Part shown: positions 12,211-23,660 of the stretch, in pieces
Layout of the letters: every line of letters begins with the position of its first letter
Numbering within the stretch: the stretch's first letter is position 1
Source: Heterodontus francisci
Lineage: Eukaryota
DNA length: 64,000 bases
NCBI RefSeq assembly: GCF_036365525.1
Contig: NC_090419.1
Coordinates: forward strand, 13,206,001 to 13,270,000
Direction of reading: 5' to 3'
Notes under the pieces: generated by a model
The model's input: the letters and a program-made list of their open reading frames with translations, nothing else
The model's database searches: none
What the model was told of the DNA's origin: nothing
Translations under genes and position numbers: made by a program

Positions 12211-12749
12211 ATTAAGAGCAAACATTGTTTCCCAGATATCCCATATAATGAATATCTTTCCTGTCTGCTTTCACTCTAGACTTCAGCGAGAGAAGACGGA
12301 ACAAACATTTTCACCTGCAGGATGTTTCTGAATTATTTTGTACAACAGAATGTAATATCAAATACTAATCGGGGGCTCATCAATTGTTTGTGACCTGTTA
12401 GGACCGCAGACAGGATACTTCAAACGGGACTGGGGAAATTCTCTGTACATCTACTCAAAACGGTCAATAAACAGAATTGTACCATGCCTGTGGTTTCTCG
12501 GGCAGTGAGATTTGCTGAACGAGATACCTGAGGTGATAACTGATGCTGAATGAAGCAAACGACACCAAGCTCGACCTCTCTACCAGCTCGCTCAAGCCCT
12601 CCACTTGTCCACGTTAGACTGACTGTCCCACATGGAGGCAAATGAGATCAATGGGCAAATCACCAGTTACCGGTGGTGTTGTCCCGGACGCCAGGCTACA
12701 CCTATTGCGTTCAGTATGTGGTATAAACGTAGAGAATGGGACAGCTCAG

Positions 12750-13220
12750 CTCAGAAGGAGACCATTCGGCCCCTTGTGCCCGTGCCGGCTCCCTCTCCCC
12801 CGCTGCTCTTTCCCCCCACAGCCCTGCAAATTTTCCCCTTCCAGTATTTCTCCAATTCCCCTTTTTGAAAGTTACTATTGAATCTGCTTCCACCGCCCTT
12901 TCAGGCTGCGCATTCCAGATCACAACAACTCACTGTTACCCACCCTTCTGCCAATGGGAACAGTTTCTCTCCATTTATTCTTCCAAAACACAATGGTTTT
13001 GAACGCCTCTATTGAATCTCCTCTTAACCTTCTCTGCTCCAAGGAGAACAGCCCCAGCCTCTCCGGTCTCTCCATGTAACTGAAGTCCTTCATCCCTGGG
13101 ACCATTTTGGTAAATCTCCTCCGCACCCTCTCCAAGGCCTCGACATCCCTCCTGGGGTGCGGTGCCCAGAATTGGACACAGTGCTCCAGCTGTGGGCTGA
13201 ATCCTGTGTTTTATAAAGGT
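12750..13220 (-). mobile_element. CR1-type LINE 3' fragment
   Basis: Translates to ERVRRRFTKMVPGMKDFSYMERPERLGLFSLEQRRLRGD, the CR1 ORF2 C-terminus. Confidence 0.8.
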
Positions 13221-14382
13221 TTCGCATCATTGTCCTCTATAGGCTGGGATTTACACATCGGCAGACGGGAGCCGGCCACCAACTGAAAAGTCGATGGCGA
13301 ACCCGCCTCCGCCTCGCCTGGGGATCCGACCCGTATTTTGCAGGTCGCCGGGCTTCAATTGGTGTGAGGCGGGACTTCCACCCGCTTGAGGTAGGAAGTC
13401 CCACCTAATAGAGCCGCCGGCCAATCGGCGGGCTGGCAGCTCCTAGACTCAGCAGCGCCACCGGGAGCGGTGGCCGCTGCTGGGACGACAGCCCAGCGTG
13501 AAGAGAAGACGTCGGGGGAGCCGGGAGCAAAAGGTAAGTTTTGGTTGCCTCGCCGGGGGTAATCAGTCAGACTGGGGGGGGGGAGGGAAAGCGGGTGTGT
13601 TGGGGGTGGTTGGAGTAGCGGGGGCGGCCCTCTGTCGGGGCCCCCAGCTCCCTCTGATCCTGCATCCACTTTCCGCCGAGGGCCGGCCTGGTCTTGATGG
13701 GCCGAATGGCCTCCTCCTGATGCCATAAACGACTCTGCAGCATTTAACATAGGTTTCCCTTTACTGCCTCGTTTTAATCTCCGTTATCTGTAATATCAAT
13801 GGAAAGATTCCATTTCTAAATTCCTTTCTGCACAAGGAAAGCTCGTGTGGCCCAGTTCCTTCCTTATGGACAGCAATCCCCTTGTATCAGGGTGTCTCAA
13901 ATAGCTGGAGGCTCTGCCCAAGAGTAGGCAAAGGATGTGAACTGAACTGTGTCCGTTAACGACAGAATGGTGCAATAGATTTATTCAGGTTAAAGAAAAA
14001 CTGGGCACATTCCACTCACCCAGACAGAAACAGCCAACCAGTTATATCAACAGCGTATAACATTCCCCCGTAACCTACCCCATCATTTAGATTCATGAGT
14101 CCCGTGCCATGATGGGGAATTCTGACTGCTTTACCATCAGATTCTGGCTCCGGGAGGCTCCCACACCATTGCCTCCCTCTCCGCTCGGCTTTACAAAGAG
14201 ACAGGTGAGCGGCCCTTCTGAAACGTCTCGAATTTGCCACATAGAATGGACCAGTTTCCGGCGATTGCGTTTCCCGGGAAGACACGAACTAGGACTCAGA
14301 ATGGGGAAGAGTCGTCGAGTTGGAGTGAATAGGAAGGCCTTATTCCCCTTGGACCAAGAGCTGGAGAGTGGGATTAGGCTGA

Positions 14383-14743
14383 GGGCGGCACAGTGGCGCA
14401 GTGGTTAGCACCACAGCCTCACAGCTCCAGCGACCCGGGTTCAATTCTGGGTACTGCCCGTGTGGAGTTTGCAAGTTCTCCCTGTGTTTGCGTGGGTTTC
14501 CTCCGGGTGCTCCGGTTTCCTCCCACATGCCAAAGACTTGCAGGTTGGTAGGTAAATTGGCCATTAGCAATTGCCCCTAATGGAGGTAGGTGGTAGGGAA
14601 ATATAGGGACAGGTGGGGATGTGGTAGGAATATGGGATTAGTGTAGCATTAGTAAAAAAAAAAAAATGGGTGGTTGATGGTCGGCACAGACTTGGTGGGC
14701 CGAAGGGCCTGTTTCAGTGCTGTACCTCTAAACTAAACTAAAC
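14383..14743 (+). mobile_element. HE1-like V-SINE, full length
   Basis: A/B-box tRNA head, V-domain and (CTAAA)n tail. Confidence 0.85.
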
Positions 14744-15454
14744 TCTGTATTGACTGGAAAGGACAGGGGCAGGCCGATTAGCTGCCTTCTGTGCCGTAAA
14801 TTTGTCTACGTTCCTGTGACCCTGACCGCCTCGTCCGGGAAGGTGGAGGCGAAGGGCGGCTCCAAAGGTTAGTGCATGCCCCCGTCTTCAGTTTTCCGGT
14901 TGGAGTCCGAATTTTCAGCAGTGCGCTCCCTTCATACTGCGTGCGGTGTCAATCCATCTCCTAAAAGACAGAAGGAGGCTGAAGGCAGTACACGGTGCCC
15001 GTGCGCAAGCACGCTCTCACCGGAATCAAACTGCCGACCGGACGCCCCAGGTGATAGCCAATATGGCAGAGATTGGAGGATTAATTTGCGATTAATCTGC
15101 GAGAACATACAGAAGCTGTCTTTCTCGGACTGGAGGAGAGAGGGGCTCCAGCAGTCCAGTGAGGAGGGCCAGGTCTTGCCTAGTCTCTGTCCTGGATACG
15201 TGCAGAGAAATAGAGGGATGCTGCTCCCAAGGCAGGGTTGGGCTAATCTGAATACCATGCGCACATCCACTAAGATTGGTTCCCGGGATGGGGGTGGGGT
15301 TGGGGGGGGGGGAGCTTGACCCTGTGAAGAGAGACGGTGTAAATTGGGCCAGTATACTCTCCGGGGTGTCGAAGAATGAGAGGCGACCTCAGTGAAACAG
15401 ACACGATCCTGAAGAGGCTCGACAGGGCAGTAATGACAACCAACAACCCCCTAC

Positions 15455-15565
15455 CTTGATGCTTCTAGTAAACGATCCCTTCACCCAGCACACTGCGGAT
15501 TCCTACAATTCCGGACAGTATCCCGATAATGGCAGCAGGAGACAGCGAGCACTTTCTTTGGGGAC
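15455..15565 (-). pseudogene. Degenerate MHC beta-type (WB/class II beta-like) transmembrane exon
   Basis: 111 nt, phase 1/1: (V)SQRKCSLSPAAIIGILSGIVGIRSVLGEGIVY*KHQ+G with a GTAGGG donor. It has an in-frame stop, charged residues in the TM, and a broken acceptor (ttgca|TG) after a good polypyrimidine tract. Confidence 0.65.
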
Positions 15566-15664
15566 ATGCAAGACGGCAGAAAGAAAAAACAGAATTAAAA
15601 CAAAACAGGAAACTGTCATGCATTCAACCACAAGAAAACTCTACTATTTACACTTCCTACCTAG

Positions 15665-15869
15665 TGTTAGATACAGAGTAAAGCTCCCTCTACACTGTCC
15701 CCATCAAACACTCCCAGGACAGGTACAGCACGGGGGTTAGATACAGAGTAAAGCTCCCTCTACACTGTCCCCATCAAACACTCCCAGGACAGGTACAGCA
15801 CAGGGGTTAGATACAGAGTAAAGCTCCCTCTACACTGTCCCCATCAAACACTCCCAGGACAGGTACAGC
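15665..15869 (-). repeat. 70-bp tandem repeat, ~3 units, ending exactly at the Tx1 5' junction
   Basis: ttag recurs at 15667, 15737 and 15807 (period 70). The last unit stops at ...GGTACAGC. Confidence 0.95.
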
Positions 15870-16632
15870 GCTGGGATTGGCTGGGCAATTTGGAGCACTT
15901 CCTGCCAGCAATCAGGGGGAGCAGCTGCACCTGTGCTGCAGCAACTGCAGAGTGGAGTGTGGAGAGTGGAGAGTGGAGAGTGGAGAGTGCAGCAACTGGT
16001 GAGAGGAGAGTGGAATAACTGCAAAGAGGTGACTATAGAGTGGAGACAGCTGCATTTACTGAGGAACTGTTGCACTTTTTCAACGATTAAGAAGACCTGC
16101 AAGTCATTTTGGAGAGGTGGGTGTTGGAGCACCAGAGAACTGTTGGTTGTTTGGACTGTTGGGGGAGGGAGGAGGCACCGGAAGATCCAGGGGTGGGGCT
16201 GCCAAATTCTATAGGGAGCCCTTGTATTTGGTCTTGTGTTTATCTGCCATCCTGCACAGAAGGGGCTCCCTCCCCACCCCCAACTGTGTGGCTCGGGATG
16301 GCTGGAGCTGCCCGGCTGAAGACTATCTTAATACAACAACAGAAAAGGGAGAGAACCGGGCGGCTCTAGCCGACCCGGGCGAAGAGCCCTCCCCTAACTG
16401 GAAGATTGAATTGTAGACTCTGCAGGAAGGTGCTCCAACCACCAAGTGAACTGTAACATCCTCGCAGCTGTTCTCTCTCTTCCATCACTCGGCCACCTAT
16501 CCTCTCCTCTCCTTGTCCTTTTCAACCCTATCCTCCTCTACTCCCATCCCCACCTCCCCCATCATATTGTTTGTGTTTAAGAAAACTGTCGTGTGCTTTG
16601 TTTCTTGGGGGTGGGCGTAGCTCTGCGACCCC

Positions 16633-18674
16633 ATGGCAAGCCCCTCTTCGCCGGTGGCGGGGCCTTCCCGTTCATATGCTGCTGCGGCTGCTGCAGCTGC
16701 ACCTGTTGCCCCGTCACCGTTTGCTTTATTAACATCGAAGCATGGGGTCAAGAGCTACGTCCACCCGAACATGACTATCGAGGCATGCGTGAAAGCAATG
16801 GCCGAGGTTGTTGGCCCTTCGGCCATTGTTGCAGCCTCTAAAATGTATGGGAAGGCAGTGTTGTTCCTGAGGACCGAGCGGGCGGTGTCCCTGGCTCTGA
16901 GCAAGGGGCTCACCGTGGGCGGGACCTTTCTGCCAGTGGACCCCCTGGAGGCCACTGCGCAAAGGCTCATTCTATCCAATGTCCCGCCCTTCATTCCTGG
17001 TGAGCTCCTCCTTCCCCACCTGCACCATCTGGGGGAGGTAAAGACGGGGCTCACCCCAGTCCCGCTCGGTCTTCGGGAGAACAGCATCCGACACGTGTAC
17101 TCCTTCCGCCGCCAGTTATTCATGCAGCTGGCGCGGGAGGAGGTGACAGAGGGCCACTTTAATGTAGAATTCCAGGGGACGGCCTACCGCGTCTTCTGGA
17201 CCTTGGACGGGGTGCGGTGCCATGTCTGTAAGGGGGTGGGGGCATGTTCGTAAGAACTGCCCCAACCTCCCGGCTGCCAACTCCAACTCGGTGGCCCAGG
17301 GTGGCGACGCTGCATCTCCTCCCACCCCCCCCACACCTCCACCAGATACCATTCAGTCGGTACCGGAGGCTGTGGTTTTCACGGCCTCCGGCAGGGAGGG
17401 GGGTGACCGTCCAAGTGGAAGGAAGGCGCGGAGGAGAAATAAACATCGAGAGGCGCGTCCCCTGGACACCGTGACACTACCCGAGCCTGAGCTCAGCCCA
17501 AGGCCCGATCTCGGGAAGTCAACTTGCCCCAGGGCTGGGCTCAGGCCCAGGGTGAATAAAAAAAAGGAGAGTGTGGAGGTGGAGGCCTCTGATGATATGG
17601 AGGTCTCTGAGCCTCCACACACAACTGGGAAAAAGAGGAGAAGGCACCCCTCCACAGAGGTAACAAGGGGCCCTGAGGCTCAGGGCCCATCTGTTGGAGG
17701 GGAGCTGTCTCCTGTTTCGGGTCCCCAGGTTTCCCCTACCGCCACCACCAAGGCTGCAAAGTCCGGGCAGGAGCACTCTATTCCTCAGGATGGAGGGGAG
17801 GGGAAGGCCCCGGTACTTGAGGCCCCTCCTGAAGGAGTAAGTGGGGCCCTGCTTGTGGTGGGGAAGCCTGGGGACGCCGCCCATTCTACCACTGCTACTG
17901 GGTCGGGTGCCCTGAATGAAGGGGAGGGCGAGGCCCCAGAGGGTCGGCCCTCCCAGCCGGAGTCTACCACCAACCGAGAGACACCCGACCCGGTTATAAC
18001 CGAGAATGCTGCCCCATCTGCTGGGCCTGTGGGTGCTGCCGGAGCGGGAGATGGCCTCCTCTCTCCGCCTCCAGTCTCGGCTCCGGCTGGTTTTCCGGAG
18101 TCGGGAACTTCTGTCTCCCCTGGACCACTCATTGGCTTGGGGACGGAGGTGGAGGGGGGGTCCTGAACCGCTGGTGCCTACAGGCTCCAGTTTCACAATA
18201 GAACCCAGAGAGGACTCCTCCGCCATCGATCCTGGGGGTGGGATCGTGACGGAGGCGGGACCAGCTGGCGCGGCCGGGACGTCCGCCCCACAGTGTGTGG
18301 TAGATGCGTCGGCCGCTGGCGGTGACGACCCGGAGGAGGATGGGGATTCGGTGCGGGGCACGGAGGATGATCTTGATTCCATCACCAGTGAGGTGGTGGA
18401 GTCCCTCGTGCCTCCCACCGAATCTCCTCTCATCCCCACGGCGGAACTCCGGGATTTCCTCGCGGCTTGCAGAGGTTGCCGCAATAAAGTTCAGCTGGCC
18501 CTCGACCGTTGGTCGAATCTGGCGCTGATCATACAGTCCGTCCGTGCCGCCCTTCAGATAGCGGGCAAGCGCGCGGACGTGAAACTGGTTGAGAGGCGCC
18601 GTTTTAATGTGTTCCTCAATGGGTTGCTGGGGGAATGGAGGGCCAGGTGCACTTCCACTCCCTCCTCACAGTGA
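16633..18674 (+). CDS. Tx1 ORF1 (gag-like nucleic-acid-binding protein), split by two +1 frameshifts in G runs
   Basis: ORFs 16633-17253, 17222-18166 and 18006-18674 lie in successive frames. Removing one G near 17240 restores the CX2CX4HX4C knuckle CHVCKGVGHVRKNC. Confidence 0.8.
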
Positions 18675-18706
18675 GGTGTTTGTGACGGGTTTTAATTACC
18701 TTTGAC

Positions 18707-21700
18707 ATGAAGATAACCATAGCCAGCCTCAACATCAACGGCAGCAGAGGGGCTCACCGCAGATTTCACAATCTCTCAGTCCTTAGGGAAGGGAGATACG
18801 CGATGAGCTTTCTGCAGGAAACCCACACCGTTCCGGGAGACGAAGCCACCTGGCTCCTGGAGTGGCAGGGTGGGGTCTACATGAGTCACCTCACCCCTAT
18901 TTCCAGTGGGGTGGCTATCTTGTTGGCCCCGACTTTTCAGCCGGAGATCTTGGGGGTCAAGGGGCTAGTGCCGGGCCGCTTGCTCCACCTCACCGTTCGC
19001 CTGGGTAGCGTGCCGCTCCACTTTGTGAACGTGTACGCGCCCAGGCCCGGCGCGTTGCAAGCGCGCTTCTTTGAAGAAGTGTCCGCTCTCTTGAGCTCCA
19101 TCGATAGCGGCGAGTGCATCATCCTCGGGGGGGATTTTAACTGCACCCTCGAGGTGGGGGATCGCTCCGGTCCCCAGCGCGGCCAAGCGTCGGTGGAGAA
19201 GTTGAGGGGACTGATCAGCTCCCTTAACTTGGTGGACGTCTGGCGGAATCTCCATCCCGACTCCAGCGCCTTCACGTGGAGGTCTGGAGGAGGGGGGTCG
19301 CGAATCGACCGCCTCTACATTTCGCAGGCGTACGTCTCCCGCGTTTCGGCGGCCTCCATGCGGCTGGTGCCGTGCTCGGACCACCGCCTGGTGTGGGCGG
19401 AGTTCACTCCGCTCCGCACGCGGGCGGGGTCCGCGTACTGGCACTTTAACAACCGGCTGCTGGAGGACGTGCGATTTCGGGACTCGTTCTGTCGATTCTG
19501 GGCCGACTGGAGAAGGAAACAGGGGGGCTTCCCCTCCTTGAGGCTATGGTGGGATGTGGGCAAGACTCACATCCGCGTCTTCTGTCAGGAGTACGCGAGG
19601 GGGTCGACCAAGAGGCGGGAAGCCGAGATCGGGCGCCTTGAGAGGGAGGTGCTCGACTTGGAATCCCGCCTCGGTCATGCCGTCGCGGACCCGGTCCTGT
19701 GGCAGGCGTACAAAGAGAAGAAGGGCGCGCTGAGGAACCTGCAGCTCATAGGGTCCCGAGGCGCGTACGTGAGGTCGCGGATCCAGATCCTGGAAGATTT
19801 GGACCGTGCCTCACCCTTCTTCTACTCGCTGGAAAAATGGCGGGGGGTCCGTAAGCAGCTCGTTGAGCTGCTGGCCGACGACGGATCCTCCATCACGGAT
19901 CCGGAGGGAATGGGCCTCCTGGTCCGGACGTATTACAGTGCGTTGTTCTCTCCGGATCCGTCCAGCGAGGATGCGCGCAGAGTTTTGTGGGAGGACCTGC
20001 CGCAGGTCAGCCCGGAGGGCGCCGAAGGATTGGAGGCTCCGCTCACGTTGGCGGAGCTGACTGGCGCCCTCCACCAGCTCTCGAGGGGCAAATCCCCAGG
20101 GCTGGATGGGTTGACCGTGGAGTTCCTCAGGGCGTTCTGGGACGTCCTGGGGGACGATTACGCGCGGGTCCTGGGGGAAAGCCTAGCGACCGGGGAGATG
20201 CCCCTCTCGTGGCGCAGGGCGGTCATCGTCCTGCTGCCGAAGAGGGGCGATCTCCGCCTGCTTAAAAACTGGCGTCCGGTCTCCCTCCTCAGCACGGATT
20301 ATAAGATCTTTGCCCGGGCTATGTCTACCCGCCTGGGCTCCATGCTGGCCCACATGATCCACCCCGACCAGTCCTACACGGTCCCGGGCCGGTCCATCCA
20401 GGACAACATCCACCTGGTCCGGGACCTGATCCATCTTTCCCAGAGGACTGGTCAGTCGGTCGCCTTTCTCTCCCTCGATCAGGAGAAGGCGTTCGACAGG
20501 GTGGATCACGATTACCTTTTCGGGACTCTGCGCGCTTTCGGACTCGGGCCGCATTTCGTGGCCCGGGTCCGACTTTTAGACGCCGCCGCAGAGTGTCTAG
20601 TCAAAGTTAACGGGTCCTTGACGGCGCCCCTTCGCTTTGGGAGAGGAGTGCGTCAGGGGTGCCCCATGTCCGGCCAATTGTATACCATCTGCGTGGAGCC
20701 CTTCCTGTGCCTGCTTCGCAGGAGGTTGACGGGGTTGGCTCTGCGCGAGCCGGCCATGCGGGTCGTCCTCTCGGCTTACGCCGACGACGTGCTCCTCGCA
20801 ATCACAGATCCCGTTGACTTGCGGAGGATGCGCGACTGCCAGCAGACCTTTTCTGCCGCGTCCTCCGCGAGGATCAATTGGGAGAAATGTTCCGGACTCC
20901 TGGTTGGTCAGTGGCGGGTGGACTCCCTGCCGGAGGAGATGACACCTTTTGCGTGGAGCACCACGCACCTCCTCTATCTGGGAGTCCACCTTAGCCCCGC
21001 TGAGGAAGCCTGGCCGGCAAACTGGCAGGAGTTGGAGGCGAAAGTCACCGCTCGGCTGGGGCGCTGGACAGGACTGCTCCGAGTGCTTTCCTACAGGGGC
21101 CGAGCATTGGTCATAAACCAACTGGTGGCCTCCATGCTGTGGTACCGGTTGGTCACTTTGGCCCCGCCCCCTGTATTTGCCACCAAGATCCAGAAGAAAC
21201 TCGTCGATTTCTTCTGGGGCAAGAGGAAACACTGGGTCTCTGCCGCGGTCCTGAGTCTCCCGATCGAGGAGGGCGGTCAGTCGCTGGTGTGCGTCCGCAC
21301 CCAGGCTGCGACTCTCCGCCTTCGGACCCTGCAGAGATACCTGTACGTCGAGCGTCCTCCCAGATGGTGTGCGCTGGCGACGTATTTTTTCCGCCAGTGT
21401 CACTGCCTTCAAGACGACACGCAGCTCCCGGTGGAGTCCGTTAGCCGCGCCTCTCTGAGGGAGTTGCCTGTCTTTTACCGGGATCTTTTCCGAGTCTGGA
21501 ACATGGTCGCCTCCAGTCAGGGCGCTCCCCCGCCGGCGGAGGAGAGCGCCTCGGCTGTCCGGGCGGCCGACTCCGGGGACGGTCCGGCGGGCGGAGGAGT
21601 AGCCGGAACCCCCGGGACGCCCCTCACTGCGGGTGGCGAGGGGGCTCGGGAGTGCGGAGCGATCCCGGCCGAGCTGACCCCCGCTCGGCCGGAACTGCTC

Positions 21701-22486
21701 ATCGGACCCAGGCCCCGAAACCCTCCTCGGGAGCCGGTCCCGCACAACCCGAGCCGCCTCTCGGAAATGCCCTCCGTGCCATTCCAATCGGCGCGGAGGG
21801 GTTTCCTGTACTGGCTGCTCCTGCACACTCTCCACTTCCTCGCCCTCGTCAGCCGGCCGGACACGCCCTGGCGGTCCGCGTTGCCATCTGGCGGCGAGGG
21901 GAAACCCCGATGGAGGTCTCTCTACGCGGGAGTCTTCCCCCTTTACATCGGGGAACTGGGGTGGAGGGTGCTGCACAGAGCAGTCCCGTGCAATAGGCTT
22001 TTAAGTAGGTTCACGGACTCCCAGGCCAGCTGTACTTTCTGCGGCCTGGACGAGTCCGTGTTCCACATTTATATGGAGTGTGCGAGGTTGCAGCCCCTAT
22101 TTGAGTATCTGAAGGGGCTGCTCCTCAAATTCTGGCTGCACTTCAGTCCCACGCTCCTGATCTTTGGGCACCCGGTGCGGAGGGGCTTGGGCCGGGAGGA
22201 GGATCTCCTCGTCGGTCTGCTCCTGGGCCTGGCCAAGGTGGCAATTCACAGGTCCAGTTTGCGGGCCGTCGGGGGGTCCGTCCTCCCCGATTGCCTGCCC
22301 CTCTTCCGCGGTTACGTTCGCGCCCGGGTGTCCCTGGAAAGGGAGCATGCGGTGTCCGCCGGTACGCTTGAGGCCTTCCGCGACTGGTGGGCACCGCAGG
22401 GACTGGAGTGCATTGTCGACGCCGAGAATGGCATTTTTAATTTGAGTTTTTTGTTTATTTATCTGGTTTTAATAAAGTTATTTTAA
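18707..22486 (+). CDS. Tx1 ORF2: AP endonuclease, reverse transcriptase and C-terminal Zn finger (1259 aa)
   Basis: APE motifs SLNING, LQETH, GGDFN, SRIDR, SDH; RT motifs KSPGLDG, WRPVSLL, DQEKAFD, GVRQGCP, YADD; Zn finger CTFC...ESVFHIYMEC. Confidence 0.95.
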   Translation: MKITIASLNINGSRGAHRRFHNLSVLREGRYAMSFLQETHTVPGDEATWLLEWQGGVYMSHLTPISSGVAILLAPTFQPEILGVKGLVPGRLLHLTVRLGSVPLHFVNVYAPRPGALQARFFEEVSALLSSIDSGECIILGGDFNCTLEVGDRSGPQRGQASVEKLRGLISSLNLVDVWRNLHPDSSAFTWRSGGGGSRIDRLYISQAYVSRVSAASMRLVPCSDHRLVWAEFTPLRTRAGSAYWHFNNRLLEDVRFRDSFCRFWADWRRKQGGFPSLRLWWDVGKTHIRVFCQEYARGSTKRREAEIGRLEREVLDLESRLGHAVADPVLWQAYKEKKGALRNLQLIGSRGAYVRSRIQILEDLDRASPFFYSLEKWRGVRKQLVELLADDGSSITDPEGMGLLVRTYYSALFSPDPSSEDARRVLWEDLPQVSPEGAEGLEAPLTLAELTGALHQLSRGKSPGLDGLTVEFLRAFWDVLGDDYARVLGESLATGEMPLSWRRAVIVLLPKRGDLRLLKNWRPVSLLSTDYKIFARAMSTRLGSMLAHMIHPDQSYTVPGRSIQDNIHLVRDLIHLSQRTGQSVAFLSLDQEKAFDRVDHDYLFGTLRAFGLGPHFVARVRLLDAAAECLVKVNGSLTAPLRFGRGVRQGCPMSGQLYTICVEPFLCLLRRRLTGLALREPAMRVVLSAYADDVLLAITDPVDLRRMRDCQQTFSAASSARINWEKCSGLLVGQWRVDSLPEEMTPFAWSTTHLLYLGVHLSPAEEAWPANWQELEAKVTARLGRWTGLLRVLSYRGRALVINQLVASMLWYRLVTLAPPPVFATKIQKKLVDFFWGKRKHWVSAAVLSLPIEEGGQSLVCVRTQAATLRLRTLQRYLYVERPPRWCALATYFFRQCHCLQDDTQLPVESVSRASLRELPVFYRDLFRVWNMVASSQGAPPPAEESASAVRAADSGDGPAGGGVAGTPGTPLTAGGEGARECGAIPAELTPARPELLIGPRPRNPPREPVPHNPSRLSEMPSVPFQSARRGFLYWLLLHTLHFLALVSRPDTPWRSALPSGGEGKPRWRSLYAGVFPLYIGELGWRVLHRAVPCNRLLSRFTDSQASCTFCGLDESVFHIYMECARLQPLFEYLKGLLLKFWLHFSPTLLIFGHPVRRGLGREEDLLVGLLLGLAKVAIHRSSLRAVGGSVLPDCLPLFRGYVRARVSLEREHAVSAGTLEAFRDWWAPQGLECIVDAENGIFNLSFLFIYLVLIKLF

Positions 22487-22769
22487 AAATATAAGTGTGT
22501 ATATAAAGGGGGCCTGAGGAATAAAGGCCCCCTCGACATAAAAAAAATATATAAAAGGGGCCTGGGGTATAAAGGTCACCTTAAAAAAGAAAAAAAAAAA
22601 TGGGTTTTCTGGCCATCTTTTGGAAAAAAGCCAGAACCCCAAATCTGACTGAAGTTGGGAAACGGCTGTTTCTGATGTCAGCAGCTGTCAGTTGGGAGAG
22701 TGACTTGCGATCTTGTAAAAAAAAGATTGACCAACCATCTACTGAGCATTCCCGCTCACTGCAATCATC

Positions 22770-23200
22770 AGAGAGAGAGAGGGGACAGGGAGAGTAAAAG
22801 GGGGGAGCAGGGAGCGAGATAGAGGGGGGGACAGAGAGAGAGAAAGGGGGAGAGGAGGAGACAGGGAGAGATAGAGGGGGGACAGAGAGAGAGATAGAGA
22901 GAAAGGGGGAGAGGAGATGGGAGAGAGGGGGAAAGAGGAGGGGGATCAGGGAGAGAGGGGGAACAAGGAGAGAGAGAAAGTGAAGGTGGACAGAGAGAGA
23001 GAAAGGGGAGAGGGAGGGAGACAGAGAGAGAGGGGGCGCAGGGAGGGAGAAAGGGGGAGGGGGATAGAGAGAGAGAAAGGGGAGAGAGAGGGGGGCAGAG
23101 GGAGTGAGGATGACACGGGGGGAGGAACAACTCAGAGAGGTGAGATCACGGGGTGGGTGGGGGGGGTCACAGAGAGGGGATAACAGGGAAAGAGAGTGAT
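22770..23200. repeat. GA-rich low-complexity tract
   Basis: Degenerate (GA)n/GGGA repeats. Confidence 0.9.
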
Positions 23201-23660
23201 CAAGATCAGTCCTGGCAAATGGACATCTATCCAGAACACTCCACATTGCTACAGGTGTGCGGGTGGACACTGACTACTTGTGCAAGCGAAAAAAAATGCC
23301 AGGTGTCTCACTAAATCAGTGTTCAACATAGTGATGAGAAAGTAAGTCACTAAATTTGTCTTCTCATTTAAAGCTTCTTCACAAAAATGCACATTTGTTT
23401 GTGCTTTGATTACGAGTAAGATAACTTTTTAACGTCTTTGTCTTTCTAAAATTGTCTCACTGCCCCACCCCCCATGTAAGACAAAAATTATAATGTGCGC
23501 CCCGCCCCCGTCCCACACGAAAAGTTTGGACAACCCTGCTCTACACATTCCCATCCATAGAGGAGAAGTCAGATTATAAACTACTGTATAACTCACTCTT
23601 TTTCACAAGGGACATCCGACCTATTGTTAAACGTACACGTCGAGGGTCTTCAGTACATAC

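Larger units (their letters stand above)
15870..22600 (+). mobile_element. Near full-length Tx1-clade (L1 group) non-LTR retrotransposon
   Basis: 5' UTR, ORF1 with a CCHC knuckle, ORF2 with APE, RT and Zn finger, short 3' UTR and A-rich tail. Confidence 0.92.

Noticed and set aside
13860-14130. Possible cytoplasmic-tail exons of the beta-type pseudogene on the minus strand
   Set aside because: Weak acceptors and no diagnostic residues, so they cannot be supported without the intact paralog.
14383-14460. tRNA gene-like sequences here and at ~11750, ~42880 and ~46305
   Set aside because: They are SINE heads continuing into the V-domain and LINE-like tail.
20597-21976. 459-aa antisense ORF and other overlapping ORFs in the Tx1 element
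   Set aside because: These are shadow ORFs of GC-rich ORF2 with no recognisable motifs.
22581-23270. 229-aa Leu/Ser/Pro-rich ORF
   Set aside because: Translation of a GA/CT low-complexity tract.
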